From NCBI GenBank assembly GCA_051294375.1, contig CM119266.1, positions 2,407,008 to 2,471,007 on the forward strand: 64,000 nucleotides of DNA. Direction: 5' to 3'. The position numbers and the translations under genes were made by a program. Numbering within the stretch: the stretch's first letter is position 1; the number at the start of each line of letters is the position of its first letter. The DNA is from Paraspadella gotoi. Its lineage: Eukaryota; Animalia; Chaetognatha. The notes below the pieces were generated by a model, which searched no databases, was not told the origin of the DNA, and worked only from the letters and a program-made list of their open reading frames with translations. Below, piece by piece: positions 12,593-25,100 of this stretch.

Positions 12593-15500
12593 TCGGTCGC
12601 ATGAACTGATGAAGAAACATTGAACATTGAAATAAAATCCTGTTCTTTGACGTGAGGAAAATGTTAGGAATTTCGTCAAATTGTAATGAAATTTTAAATT
12701 TCTGTAATCTAGTGCGCCAGATTCTTATTTATTTCTCGTTTACTGTAGTTTCGATGGATGTTTTTATCTGGAAAGTTTTATCTATGACGTTTTCAAGGGC
12801 GTTTGAAGCCGGCTCAGTCAGTTCATCTCTCTCTCTCTCTCTCTCTCTCTTCTTTATCCTAGAACACGTTTCCGTTTAAAAAAAAATACTGAGCTCATCT
12901 TATCCGCGCCGAATACCTCCTTCCCCCTTTCAACTCTATTTCCCCTTCCCACAACAAAACAATCCAAAAGCGTTATAAAAAAATAACTATTCGGCAAATA
13001 ACGATATTTTTCGACTTTTGTTTGTCGAACATCGGGGCAACGCTCCCTTAGCGCCATCGAACGGTAACGGAAATGGCCACCGGAGGTGGATGAGGGGGGG
13101 GGAGTGCCCAAATTCGCCGCCCGAGCGTGCGTTGAATTTAGCGTTTGATGTGGAGAGGGATGAGAAAGATGGTTGTTGACGGGTTTCACCTTTTACCGAC
13201 AGGACGACTTGATCAGTCATAGATTTTGATGACGACATTGACTTTTTTTATTGTTACTTTTTTACGTATTTAACCGATCACGACGGATATTTCACCCCAC
13301 AATTTTGTTCATTCTTTACTGCCACGACCCCCTCACCATTTCAGAATTGGGTAAGGAGCAAAAAGCGGGATCGCAAGACAGCGGCATCGGGCCGGCGGAA
13401 GGCGACGCCACCAACAAGCATCACCTGCAGCAGTTGAACGTCAATGGGGTGAGAAAAAACTGCGAGGCGCGGGAAATGGACGGGAGGATGGCGGGGGGGG
13501 GGGCGGAGGGATAGTTCTCTTTTCGTTTTCCTCACGTTCAGGGAGGGAGAAAAACCTGTAACATATCCAAGCTCTTTTAACAGTTTTGTCCGACTTCCTT
13601 GCCTTTTTTAGTCCGAGTTGAACAAGATAGAATAAAATAAATTCACGACTAATCCTTGTTCTTTTCTCGTCTGAATATTCTGGTCATTGACAAATGATTT
13701 CGACCTCAATTAAAATTTCGCGCATTTTTCTCTTTTTCATCTTTGATTATTCCGTCAAATTTCTATTCTTATCAAATATTTTTCTTCATTAATCATTTTG
13801 AAAGAGGAGTCTCACGCTCAGTATATAAGTGCGAAGGCGACTCATTAATCTTTTGTCAAAAACGAATTTACATTTTGTTAGGTTTTATTTAATCTCCCTT
13901 TTTTCTGCGCCTTCCAAAAATCCATCTCCCCGTGTCCATTCTCTTTTCCCCCTTCTTTCTATTTTCCCCCTTCTTTCTATTTTCCCCCTTCTTTCTATTT
14001 TCCCCCTTCTTTCTATTTTCTCCAAGTTTCAACCCATTTTCGACTCCCCCCTCCCAGGTGGCCCCGCGCACACCCTTCAACCCCAAACTCGGCCCCCGCG
14101 CCTACTCGTCGGGGGCGATGCTCAACCCCGAAAGTGGGCGTGGCGACGTTATTATTCCGGAGGCGGGGATCGATTTCAAGGCGGCGGAGGCGTCGGCCGA
14201 AGATTCAGAAAAATGTGAGAATCGCGCTTATTAGCAGATCCCGACTCTATAATTCACTTTGTCGGTCCGCCCCCTCAATATTGTCGGGCATTCACTTATA
14301 TCATGTCAGAACATCGAATTATGATAAATTATGCAAAAAAATGTGTCTGTTCATCCGTCCGTCCGTCCCACCTTAGCAAAAAACACCAATTACTCATGAT
14401 TGGATGTATGGATTGGAATGAAATTTTGTTTTTCGATGGAATCGTGCGAATGAAAATGAGTTTAAATTGAAAACAAAAAAACCAAAAAATATATTTCTTT
14501 ATTTGAACACCAATTACTCATGAGTGGATGGGGCGATTGACCTGAAATTTTGTATGTGGGTAGTAAAGTGTGTGATTAAGCTGGAAATCAAGTTTCGATG
14601 GAATCGTTTGAGTGGAAATGAGTTTAAATGGAAAAAAACAAAAAACCTGTTTCACTAATTGATTATGCTTCTTTTTCTTTTTATATTAAATATAAATGCA
14701 AGATGTATTAATTAATCAGTTACTTAATCAATTAGTCAATTAATCAATAATTAATTAATCAGTCAATTAATCCATCAAAACAAACATTTTGGATCAAAAA
14801 TTTATCTAATTAATTAATTAATTTTATTAATAAATTAATTAACTTTAGTTAATTATTAATTAATTAATTAATTACCGATAACGATCGTGGGCAGATCCGA
14901 CATTGTTTGCTCAAACTTGTTTTATAACGAAATTAATTAAGGCTTTGTAGTACCGAAGCAAAAATTATGCTTTTCACCTTGCATGTTTTGTCACCTTGAT
15001 TATGAGTTGATGATAGTCGATATTCGTAAACTGAAGTTTTCACCGAATAGATTTTTTCGTTTGGCAGACGTTTTTGAGCGCTCAAAATAAAAACGCAATT
15101 TGTCGATAAAAGAGAAAAAAAATCATTTTCTCATTTCTTTGATGAAAGAAAATTAAATCGACAGCAGTTTCGCAAAATTGCGTTTCTCCAGGTGTCGCCT
15201 CAGTAGGTCCATCATTTGGAAGACGAGAATGAAAGCAATAGTTCTTTAGAAGGCCCACAATACTAAGCTTTTCTTCCCCATTTATTTTTTACGGCATTAC
15301 CGGGTTCTAGGTTATATTGCTAGTTTTCTTTATATTCTTTTTCTAACGAAACTGTTAATTGTTTACTATTAAATTGTTAACTTTCCTCTCATAAGATACT
15401 CACGAGCTCGTTGGACACATTCTCTCCGAGTTGTCCTTCCACAACTCCCGCAACGAGGCGCGGAAGCACGCCATGTCGACGCTGAATCGGCTGGCGCGGG

Positions 15501-18500
15501 AGGACAAGCCCGCGCTGGCCTCGCTCGAGGACGGCGTCTTCAACAGCATCGTCCTGCTATTGCTGGAGATTCTCGGCGACGACGACGCATCCGTCAGAAG
15601 CTGTAGTCTCAAGGTCTTCCAGGTGATTCGTGGTTGGGGAGGTGGGGAATAAAGGTGGGAACGCAGGGGGAAAGGCGGAACTGAGATATCGACTGTCATT
15701 GCGGAGCTTCGCCTGGTAAATACATTTTTGATTCTTTTCTCCCTTTGGATGTCGCGCGACATTTACGCGTCCTTTATCGATCGTTCGCAGCGCTCAGGGT
15801 AAAATAGCCGTTTTTGTCAGTCAATCAGAAGTGTATCGGAAGAAAGCAATAATCAAAATAATGTCGTTCAAGATTCAATCCCTCGCTACGTTAATGTTGC
15901 CCAAAAAATCACATTATCTTCCACCCCCCCCCATTGACAGGAGATTGTGCGGTCCCAGCCGGAGCGCTTCAAGGACTTCATGGCGCTGGCCATTCTCAAG
16001 ATCCTGGAGGCGCACAAGGATTCAGTGAAGGACGTGGTGAGGGCGGCAGAGGACGCCGCCCTCACCATGGCGGAGCTTTTTCCTGGAGTCCCTTGCGTTC
16101 AGGTGAGTGACATGGTGAGAAGGGGGGCGTGAGCGTCCTATTTTGAGAGGCGTGAAAAACTTCGACTTTTCAAATTTAAATTTCCGAATTATTGTTTTTC
16201 TGATTGAATTTGAAGTTAAACCTCAAAGATTTAAATTTTTTGCTCTCTTTGGAAAGATTGATTAAACAATTTCGCGTGTGCAAAGAAAGACAATCGTTTT
16301 TTTTTTCAACGGGATATACATATTTTATTCTACATATAAAACGATGTATAAAATAAATATATATAAAAAGCAAAGCTTAAAAATAATTTTTTCCCTACTC
16401 TACGGATCGAAAAACTCCAAATAAAAACAAAAATTAATTTAAACTAAAAACGAAAAACATTAAATAAAAACGATTATAATTTAATCATCTACTACGACGA
16501 CCATCTTCCCGGCGGCGTTCCTCGACGCCACGACAGCTTCCGTTTCGACTCCCTTGGAACCCACGAAGGCGACGACGACCTCTTCAAGATCCCAACTCCA
16601 CCCTTTCCACTCCATGCTTCTCAACGTAACCGCAACCGACTTTGCCAACTCCCTGCGCCCGCAACCGCTCCTCGTCCGGTGATGATAGTTAAGCGCCGCG
16701 CGTCTCAGCCGTCTCAGGCGCGGCAGCAGCAGCAGATCACGCGTCGAAAGATTTAACAAGCTTAGGCCAGCGCCGTCGTGGACGCAGGCCAGCTTAATCT
16801 GGCGGAGATAAGCGGCGCCGTTCGTGATGGCCGTCAGCTCCGCGGTGTCGAGGGCGCCGCGGTAGAAGAGGGTGAGCGAAGTGAGGCTGTGCCAGGCCGA
16901 GTAGTCGTGGACGGTTGAGGCCGGTTGTGTAAGATGGGATTCCGCCACGTCCGCTCGCGTCCCGAGCATCCCCCGCAGTCCCTCGTCCACGGAATAAAAG
17001 TCTGTCGTCTTCTTGGTCTCCACGAAACGCATCCTTGTCAATTCGAGCTCGAACTTCTCGAGGTTCTTCACCGCCTCCAGTCGCATGAGATCGTCGAGGT
17101 CTGCCTTAGAGGCGGACTTGGATTGGTTCGGCGACGCCGCCACCGTCGCCATTTCGTCGACGAATCCGCCTATCACCAGCGACCCCAAGTTGACGAAGGA
17201 ATCGGCGACGACTATGATGTCTCTCGTCATGGTCGTCATCTCCAGCACCAGCGTCTCGATCCTCGTGGAGATCTTGTGTCGCGTCGGCGGGAACGCCCCC
17301 GCCGACTCCTCGGCCAACCAGGCGATGGAGACGACGTCGATCGTAGGGATCAGGCGGAGGACCTTCTTGAGGACGTTCCAATCCTGGGGAGTCTTCACGG
17401 CCAAGTTGATCTTCTTGAAGAGAGTGCGAGAAATTTTGCCTGGTTTTTTAGAAAAATGGGAGATAGAAAAAGTTTGACTGAGTAAATGTATAGAACGATT
17501 GTTTTGATTTTCTGGTCAAATGATTATCTCACCCCCCTACCTTTAACCAACGGACCATAAACTACGCACGGATGCAGCCCCGTTCCTCTCTCGTCATATC
17601 TGGACTGTTGCTCTATGATACGGCACTCCCTCGGTCGACCCCAAGACGTCTTCAGTCCTTTGCCGAACATGGAGACGCTCTTTAAGAGCGGAAGCTTTTC
17701 GGCAGCCTCGAGAAATCGGCGCCAGACAAAATTTACGAGGGCGCGGTTGTCGCCGACCGTCTTGGGCATGTTGAGCGTCACGGCGCGTAGGGCGGGCGGA
17801 AGGTAGACGAAAGGGTCGCCCGCTAGGAGGTCCAACGATTGAAGGTAAACGGAAAGTGCGAGCTCTTCTAACTCGCGGCAGCGCCGGAAGATAACGGCCA
17901 AGTTTTGATAGTGCATCCACACGGAGCAGATGGTCAGCGACTTTATCCGGCGAAGGGCATCGCCTCCGGCTTGACCCGGCGCAGGAGGAATGCTGAAAAG
18001 ACGAATGACGTCGACTTCGGCCAGTGGCTCCGCCTCGGTTCGCACCACGAGCCGCTCCAAATGCCGCAGGTTCCGCAGGGGGGTCAGCGAAGCAGCGCTG
18101 ACGGTTTCTCCGCTGATCTCAAGACAGCGCAGCATGGGCGCCGTCGCCGCCAGGAACCGCAGGTCGCCGTGGACACCGCTGACGACGAGTTCGTGAAGTC
18201 GCGAGAGAAACTGGAAACGGCCAGCGCTCGCCGACAGTGCTTCAGCGAAAGCGGCGTCGTGGCGCGGGAGTTTTAGGACGGCGAGGTGGGCGTGGCGATC
18301 GAGGCAGGAGAGAACGCGGGTGGCGAGGCGGAGGGTATCCAAGCGAGAGGAAGATGAAGGGGAGGAAGAGGCGACGCCGGACAGGTCGATGGTACGGACG
18401 GACGGACAGGAGACAGAGAGATTGGACAGATCGGGAAGGGCGGCAAGGATGGAACCGCGGAGGCGGGATTTGTGGTCCTGGGAAAGATTGTGGAAATGAG

Positions 18501-19094
18501 GCTGAAGAGTTTACAGTCGCTGATACTTTATTATCAATGTAAAGGAGAAAAAATACTTCCGGGGGGGGGAAGGGAGCAATCCAGTTCTCACCTTGAAGCA
18601 AACTTCTTCGATATCGTTTCCCAAATACTTTTGCACGAACGTCTGGTTCCACCGCTTCTCTCCCCCGATGGTCAACTTCTTCGCTCCAACCTTTCGTCCA
18701 ACTCTCAACGCCAACTCGGCCACGCACCTCCACCTCCGACAGACGAGGCACGCCTCCAACGCCTCCTCGAAACTCAAGAGGGAAAAGACTTGGAAAAGGA
18801 GTTCGTTGGGGAGGTGGTGGATGTTGGGTGTCGGTGGCGGGTCCGTTTGGTGGGCGGAGATGGGTGGCGAAGGAGGTGGATGGAAGAAGTGAACGTCGTC
18901 GGGTGGCGCGAGGCGGATTTCGTTAAGGATTTGATCGAGGGCATCAGGAGGCGGGGCTGGCCAAATCAGAGCCATATTTTTTTTTTTTTACTGGTTATGA
19001 ATAAGTTACGTACATATAAACTAAATTTTTCTCCCAATCGGATTTGTTGTAATTTTGACTATAACGTGGTGTGAACATCGAAAAAGGAAAAAAT

Positions 19095-19148
<54 letters not shown>

Positions 19149-22100
19149 CACAAACCATAAAGCGAAGAGGATATTTCGAGGCTGTGTGCGAAATAATGAG
19201 AGAGAGAGTTACTCCCCGATGGAGATTCATTCCGTCGCTCTCGTTCTCGTAACGACTACATCGAACATAAACTGTGATAGCCTTTATTTTCTTTTATCCC
19301 TGTTAAAGGTGAGGGTACCTCTGGTCTGGGAGCTGATAGTGAAGCCCATCTTTGGGTAAGACTTCGTCGGGAGTCGGCAATTAGGACTGATGTCGATTTA
19401 AAGACTAGTGAGGAAAGATTTTTCAGCGATGAGGCTAATTTTCATTCGCTGCTGAACAATAGATTGAAGATTGTAAAACTCGGTTGGACTTGGAAACTTT
19501 TCCCTAATTGTATTACACTTGGTGAATTTTTGTACTTATCAATTTTCTTATCCCTGCGGGAAATGATTTTAAAATAATCGTTCCCATAATAATAATAAAG
19601 TAGGCCTATGTTAATGTCATTCCTATTGACTTTAAAACTCCGTTTGGGTGAATCTGGGATCGAGTATCGAAGCATCGATCCTCGTTTTCGTCGGCGGTCC
19701 AGATTTGTTCTCGAGTCGAGACCAATGAACCGAAGAAAGGATCTTTGTCCCTGCTCCTGTCCTCATGGTCTTGCCCGTTTCTGTTTCAGACAAAAGCTTG
19801 TCACCGTCGGACAATACGATCTGTTCACCTCTGGTAGTTTTCTCGCGGTCGTATGGATATGGGACATCTTCTTGAACACTTTATTTTAATTTGATTATTT
19901 GGACCCTCACTTTCAGCGAATGAAAACCCTCTTTCATTAACTCATTCGTTAATTCGTTTCCCAATTTTTTTCTCCATTCATTCTTCTCTTCATTCAATTC
20001 CTCCTTCATTCATTGCTATTCATTCCTATCCCAGTCATTCCCCCTTTTTTATTCATTCCTTCTTCAGGTCCTCACCCCGATCGCCGACACGGGGGAGTTC
20101 CCCGTCAACCTCGCTGCCATCAAGATGATGACAAAGGTCGTGGAGAAACTGAAGAAAGAGGAGATCGAGGGTTGCATCGAGGACGTCGTTCCCAAGCTGA
20201 TCAAGGTGAGTGTCTCATGTGGTGAAAGTGAAAAGGAAACTGGAAAGGTAATGTAGAAAATGTCGCGGTCAAATCAAGGCGAATATTTGAAATGTTTGTC
20301 AATATGGTGACTAGTGAGAATCCTTGTCGACGAAATATAAAGTGAAATATTAGTAAATAATAAATAACTAAATAGTGAAGAAATATTAGTAAACCGAAGC
20401 ATGAGTGAACTTTTTTTTCTAAAAAACGTGCCCTGAAAATGCGATGGGATTCAGAAAAGCGGATTCGCACTGTAATATTATTTTATTCTCTATTCACAAA
20501 AAAGAAAAATTTCCAAAAAAATATATTCGGGTTTCTCAACTTTAAAATTTGGCGAATGCCTCCGCATGCTTCTCCGTAAGCGAGATGTGGAGCTTTTCCT
20601 CTCTCTGAGCCGGAAAGTTAGACGCGTCGCCCAGTCCTCGAATTTCGGGGATGAAGGGAGCACGGATTTCCTTCTTGTACAGAGCCTTTTTGAGAGAGAG
20701 AGAGAGAGAGGGAGAAAGAGAGAGAGAGAGAGTCAACAAAATTGGAAACAAAAGGAAACCCTATCGGAAAAAAAAGAACAAAATATTAGCGGAAATCGGA
20801 TAAATTTAGGTCCGCACATGGTGGAGAGTGGGGCGGGGAAAGAGGGAGACCGCAACGGTGGTCGGAGAAGGAAAAAATGGGGGAAGAACCTGCTCGGTTT
20901 ATTTATTGGGAGAGGAATAAATGTCTCTTAAGATGAAAGGCGGATCTCTCTGACGGTTTTGACACCCCCTACCCAGTACCCACCCCCCAAAAAAATAAAA
21001 GATGAGATTTCGCGAGACGACGAAAACGTCGCTGCTTTGAGGAATCTTATGCCTACCGGCCACTTGATGGGTTGAAACCAGGGATGTTCTTTGATGTCTT
21101 TCACTCCCTCCCGTAAGCACCCGTACCGTTTGGAAGTGTCCACCTGACATCAAAGTGGTTGCGTTCCATGTTTAGAAAGATACTTCTTTAAAACATTTTA
21201 TAATTTTTTCAGTTTGAGTTTACCAAAATCATGTCATATATTTGCCCCAATTTGCCTAAACTTGCCTAATCCACAACAGACGCTACCTGAAGAATGTTGG
21301 TGCACAAGTCTTTTAGTTCCGGGGAGAAACCGCTGGGGAGATAAAGGTGTCCTTGGACGATCTTTTGGTACATGTGCTGTTGCTTCTTTGAGTAGAAAGG
21401 GACGTTCCCGGCTGTCATTTCGAAGATAAGGATCCCAAGTGTCCACCAGTCCACCGATTTTCCATAACCGCGGTTTTTAATGACCTTTCAACCAGTAAAG
21501 GAATTTTTTCAAACACGGCGCCGTGACTATCAGAATCCGAAATCTGCTACAATTTGCATGATCAGTTTTTAAATAGATTTTATTTAATTTTTATTGAAAT
21601 TATATTCTTTACTCTTTGAAATCCTACCAGGAAAACATACCCCGGACAGAATAGGGGACGCTTGTTTACCGCGTGTCAGAATCAAGCGGTATTTTTCACT
21701 CTCAGCTTTTCGGTGGTTTTCTTTAATGTTTTTAAAAAACGGTTTTTTTTTATAGTATCGCCAATTCAGAAAAAAGTCTCGGACGTGACGATAAAAATCC
21801 CCGGGGCTCGCGAAAAGCGAGATAATAGCTTTGAAAAAGAGAGAGAGTGACGAACCGACCCCGACTGACCCCCCAACCCTTGGTCCGACCAAAAGTGGGC
21901 GAAAATAAGCAAAGCGCTGAAAATGGCATGGTCTGCCTCGGAAGAAAAAAAAAAACAACTCGTTAATGTTTGTCGCCCTCACCCTCCTTCTAAAAAAACG
22001 AACCTTTCTCTCCCTCCCCACCCTGAAGTACCGCACTCCGCCCGGCTTTTACCTCCGGCGCCAAGTACTCGGGTGTCCCGCAGAGCGTGTACGTTCTTGA

Positions 22101-25100
22101 GTGGTCCGGGTGAAGCTTTTTTGCAAATCCCAAGTCCGTGACTTTTGTGTAACTGTGTGGAACCAAGGAAATCTATATCCATCCAGATTTTGATTTCGCG
22201 AAATTAAATAAGTAACTCTTTCATATCGAACACAGACTAAAATATTACCCGTCTGACGATACGAGCATGTTCTCGGGCTTCAAGTCTCTGTACAGGATGT
22301 TAAGTTCGTGGAGGTACTCGAACGCCATCGTCACCTGCGAGTTTAAAGTTTGACTGATCTCTTGTTTCCTTTTTCCGACTTCCCGCTGTTCCACCACCCC
22401 AACTTCCAACCCCTCGTATTTCTTTCGACTAAGTCCCCCGGATCCTCGGCAATTACATTGCAATTAGCGCTTATCGCCTGCCAGAGGGGACTTCAACAAA
22501 GGTTGAATCTGAGCTCTTGTGCGAAAAAGGCTTCTCCTCCTCTCGCTCCTCCTCTTCCATCTCCCGCACTTTCAGCCCCTTTGAAAGCGATAACCTCGCC
22601 AATTGCCTTTCTGCAAAAGAATCTAAATCGCGGTCTCTGGGGCGATAGGCAATTTATGGATTCCGAGATTTTCGCGTCTCGATTCCTTTTAGACTTGTCG
22701 CGATCTCGTTTCCATTTTTGACTGATTTTCCCCGTTTCCATTCTGCTTTCTCCATTTACCTGCGCACAGTAAAAGCGGGCCTGACTCTCGGGAAACTTGC
22801 GTTGCTTCCTGAGATAGGTGAACATTTCGCCGCCTTGTTCAAAGTCTAGCACCAGATATAGGTTGGAGTTGTCCTTAAAGTGGTACCGCATTCTTACTAG
22901 AAACGGTAGGTTTATTGAGTACAGAATTCGTTTTTCTGCGATAGTGTGCTCCACCTGGTTTGCAGTTTCAGTTCATTGGGTTGTAAAGATGGAGGGGTTC
23001 GGTTAAATAGCAAGACAATTTTGGGCAACGCATTTTGATATTCCCTCATATGCCGACCTGCCTCATCTTCACAATCTTTTCTTTGATCAAAATCTTCATG
23101 GCGAAGAATTCGTTTGTTGGATTGTGTCTGACCTTTTGGAAGAAGCGAGCTTTTTTTAGTGGGCCGGGATTGAGAAGGGAGTGGAATGTCTAAAAGATGC
23201 CAGGGTGTTTTGTGCATCATGATTTTCACTCCTCTTAACAACCCATTCCTTCGATGCAACTTTTGTGTACCAAAACGACTCTGCCGAAGGAACCAGAACC
23301 GAGCGTCTTTGCCAACCGGAAGTCTTCGAACTTGGCGTTTGGGAGTTGTTTCCCGTTGTACCTCTCTTCGTGCTCCTCCCTGTCCTCGAAGAGGAGGGGG
23401 AGAGGGAATCAGCGAGAAGAGACATAGAAATAGAGACTAAGAATGAAAGGGAAGATGGAAGCTCAGCCTCTCGTGTCTTTTTCTCATTTGTTCGTCTCCA
23501 AAGATTTTATCTCTTCTCTTCACTAAAAAGAGTTACATCCCCTGTGGTGGTGTCAATAGTTTTTTTTCGAATGGACATTAGTTACTTTTCCTCTCCGATT
23601 CGCAATATATTATTGTCTAAAGTTTTGGAAAACTTTACCTTAAAGCCTTTAGCGTCTCTTGCCACCATTTTTCAGGATCTAAGTTCGCGTCGTGGGCTGG
23701 GATAGTCGATAGTGATTCAGTTATTTATAAAACGAAATATGTTAAAATATCGCATATTTTTTTAAATTTTAGGAAGCAGAGTAATGCATAAGTTGATATT
23801 TATAACTTACTGCTGTACGTTTTCCCTGACTCGATGGCGTTGCCAAGCCTTGACGCGTCCCGCCTCTCGTAGACCTGCATGGTTCCGCACGCGCGGTCCT
23901 CTCGCTCTCTGTCTCCCTCTCTCTCTCCCTTTGTTTTCGCATGAGAATAAACGTCTCCCTCTTCGCTACGAACGACGGATTCGGCTCCGCTTTTAAGCTT
24001 CCTTTCTAAACGGAAGGACGCATTCCTTGTTTCTTTAGCGGCCGAGATCCGTCGTTGACTAAAGCCTAGTTACGTTGTCGATGTTTTATTTACTTGTTAG
24101 GCTTATTTAATTGTTAAGCTTAGCGAGCTAAGAGATGAAGAAAGGAAAAATTTAGATTGACGGATGAATCGCCTAATAAAAATTTATTCAGCTTTATTCT
24201 GTTAATTTCACAGCGACTTTAGATTTATAAATAAGTGAAACGTGACCATCACCAAGGCTGATCACGTGACTCTAACTACTCTCTTCTTGTTCTCAAGGGC
24301 TACGACAACAGCGAGAGCAGCGTCCGAAAGGCGAGCGTGTTCTGCCTCGTCGCCCTTCACCAAGTCGTCGGTGATGATCTCAAGAATCACCTCACCTCCC
24401 TTTCCGGCAGCAAGGTAAGGTTCCTTTTATATTAACCGTCATTTTTGTGTAACTTAACCTTTTTAATTCGGACACGCTTTCTTTAACTCATGAAATGTAT
24501 TTCACGTTCACCCTTTACTTTTGTACTAAGGCTTTGGCTTTAACCAAGGGCCGGCCATAATTTTTACACTCGTTTATCATTACTATTTTCTTTCTTTCTC
24601 TCACTCTCATTTTGGTTGCATCAGTTGAAACTGTTGCAAGTTTATATCGGAAAATCTTGCATTTGAGCGCAAAAAGCCGTTTAGCGCAAGATTGGATGAC
24701 AACAAAGGTTTCAGTCGTTTTTTGCAAAGGACGAAAAACAGACTAAAGTTTATATTCTTTATATTCCGTTTTACGATTTGGTTTGCTTTTTATTTAATAT
24801 GATTATTCGACAACTATCCTATTGGACTATCTTCTAAACCATGTTCACTTGTTCAGACGTAGACTTTGTTTTGTATCGCAAGAATTTAATCTCGGTACCA
24901 TTTTCAATTAAATTAAATTTTAAATTAAAAACCCGTATTTTAGGAAGCTGCAATATATGGTATTAAGAAAATATTTTCTGGTACCTTGATCTTATTCTCA
25001 GCTTGTTTTATTTATTTTGGTAATAACCGATAAGTAACACAATTAATTTAATATACCGGGGCAAGACCGCCCTGATTATGCTCTTACACAATTCGACAAT

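Noticed and set aside
16925-19074. Plus-strand ORFs of 100-200 aa
   Set aside because: Shadow frames of the GC-rich F-box/LRR coding exons on the minus strand.
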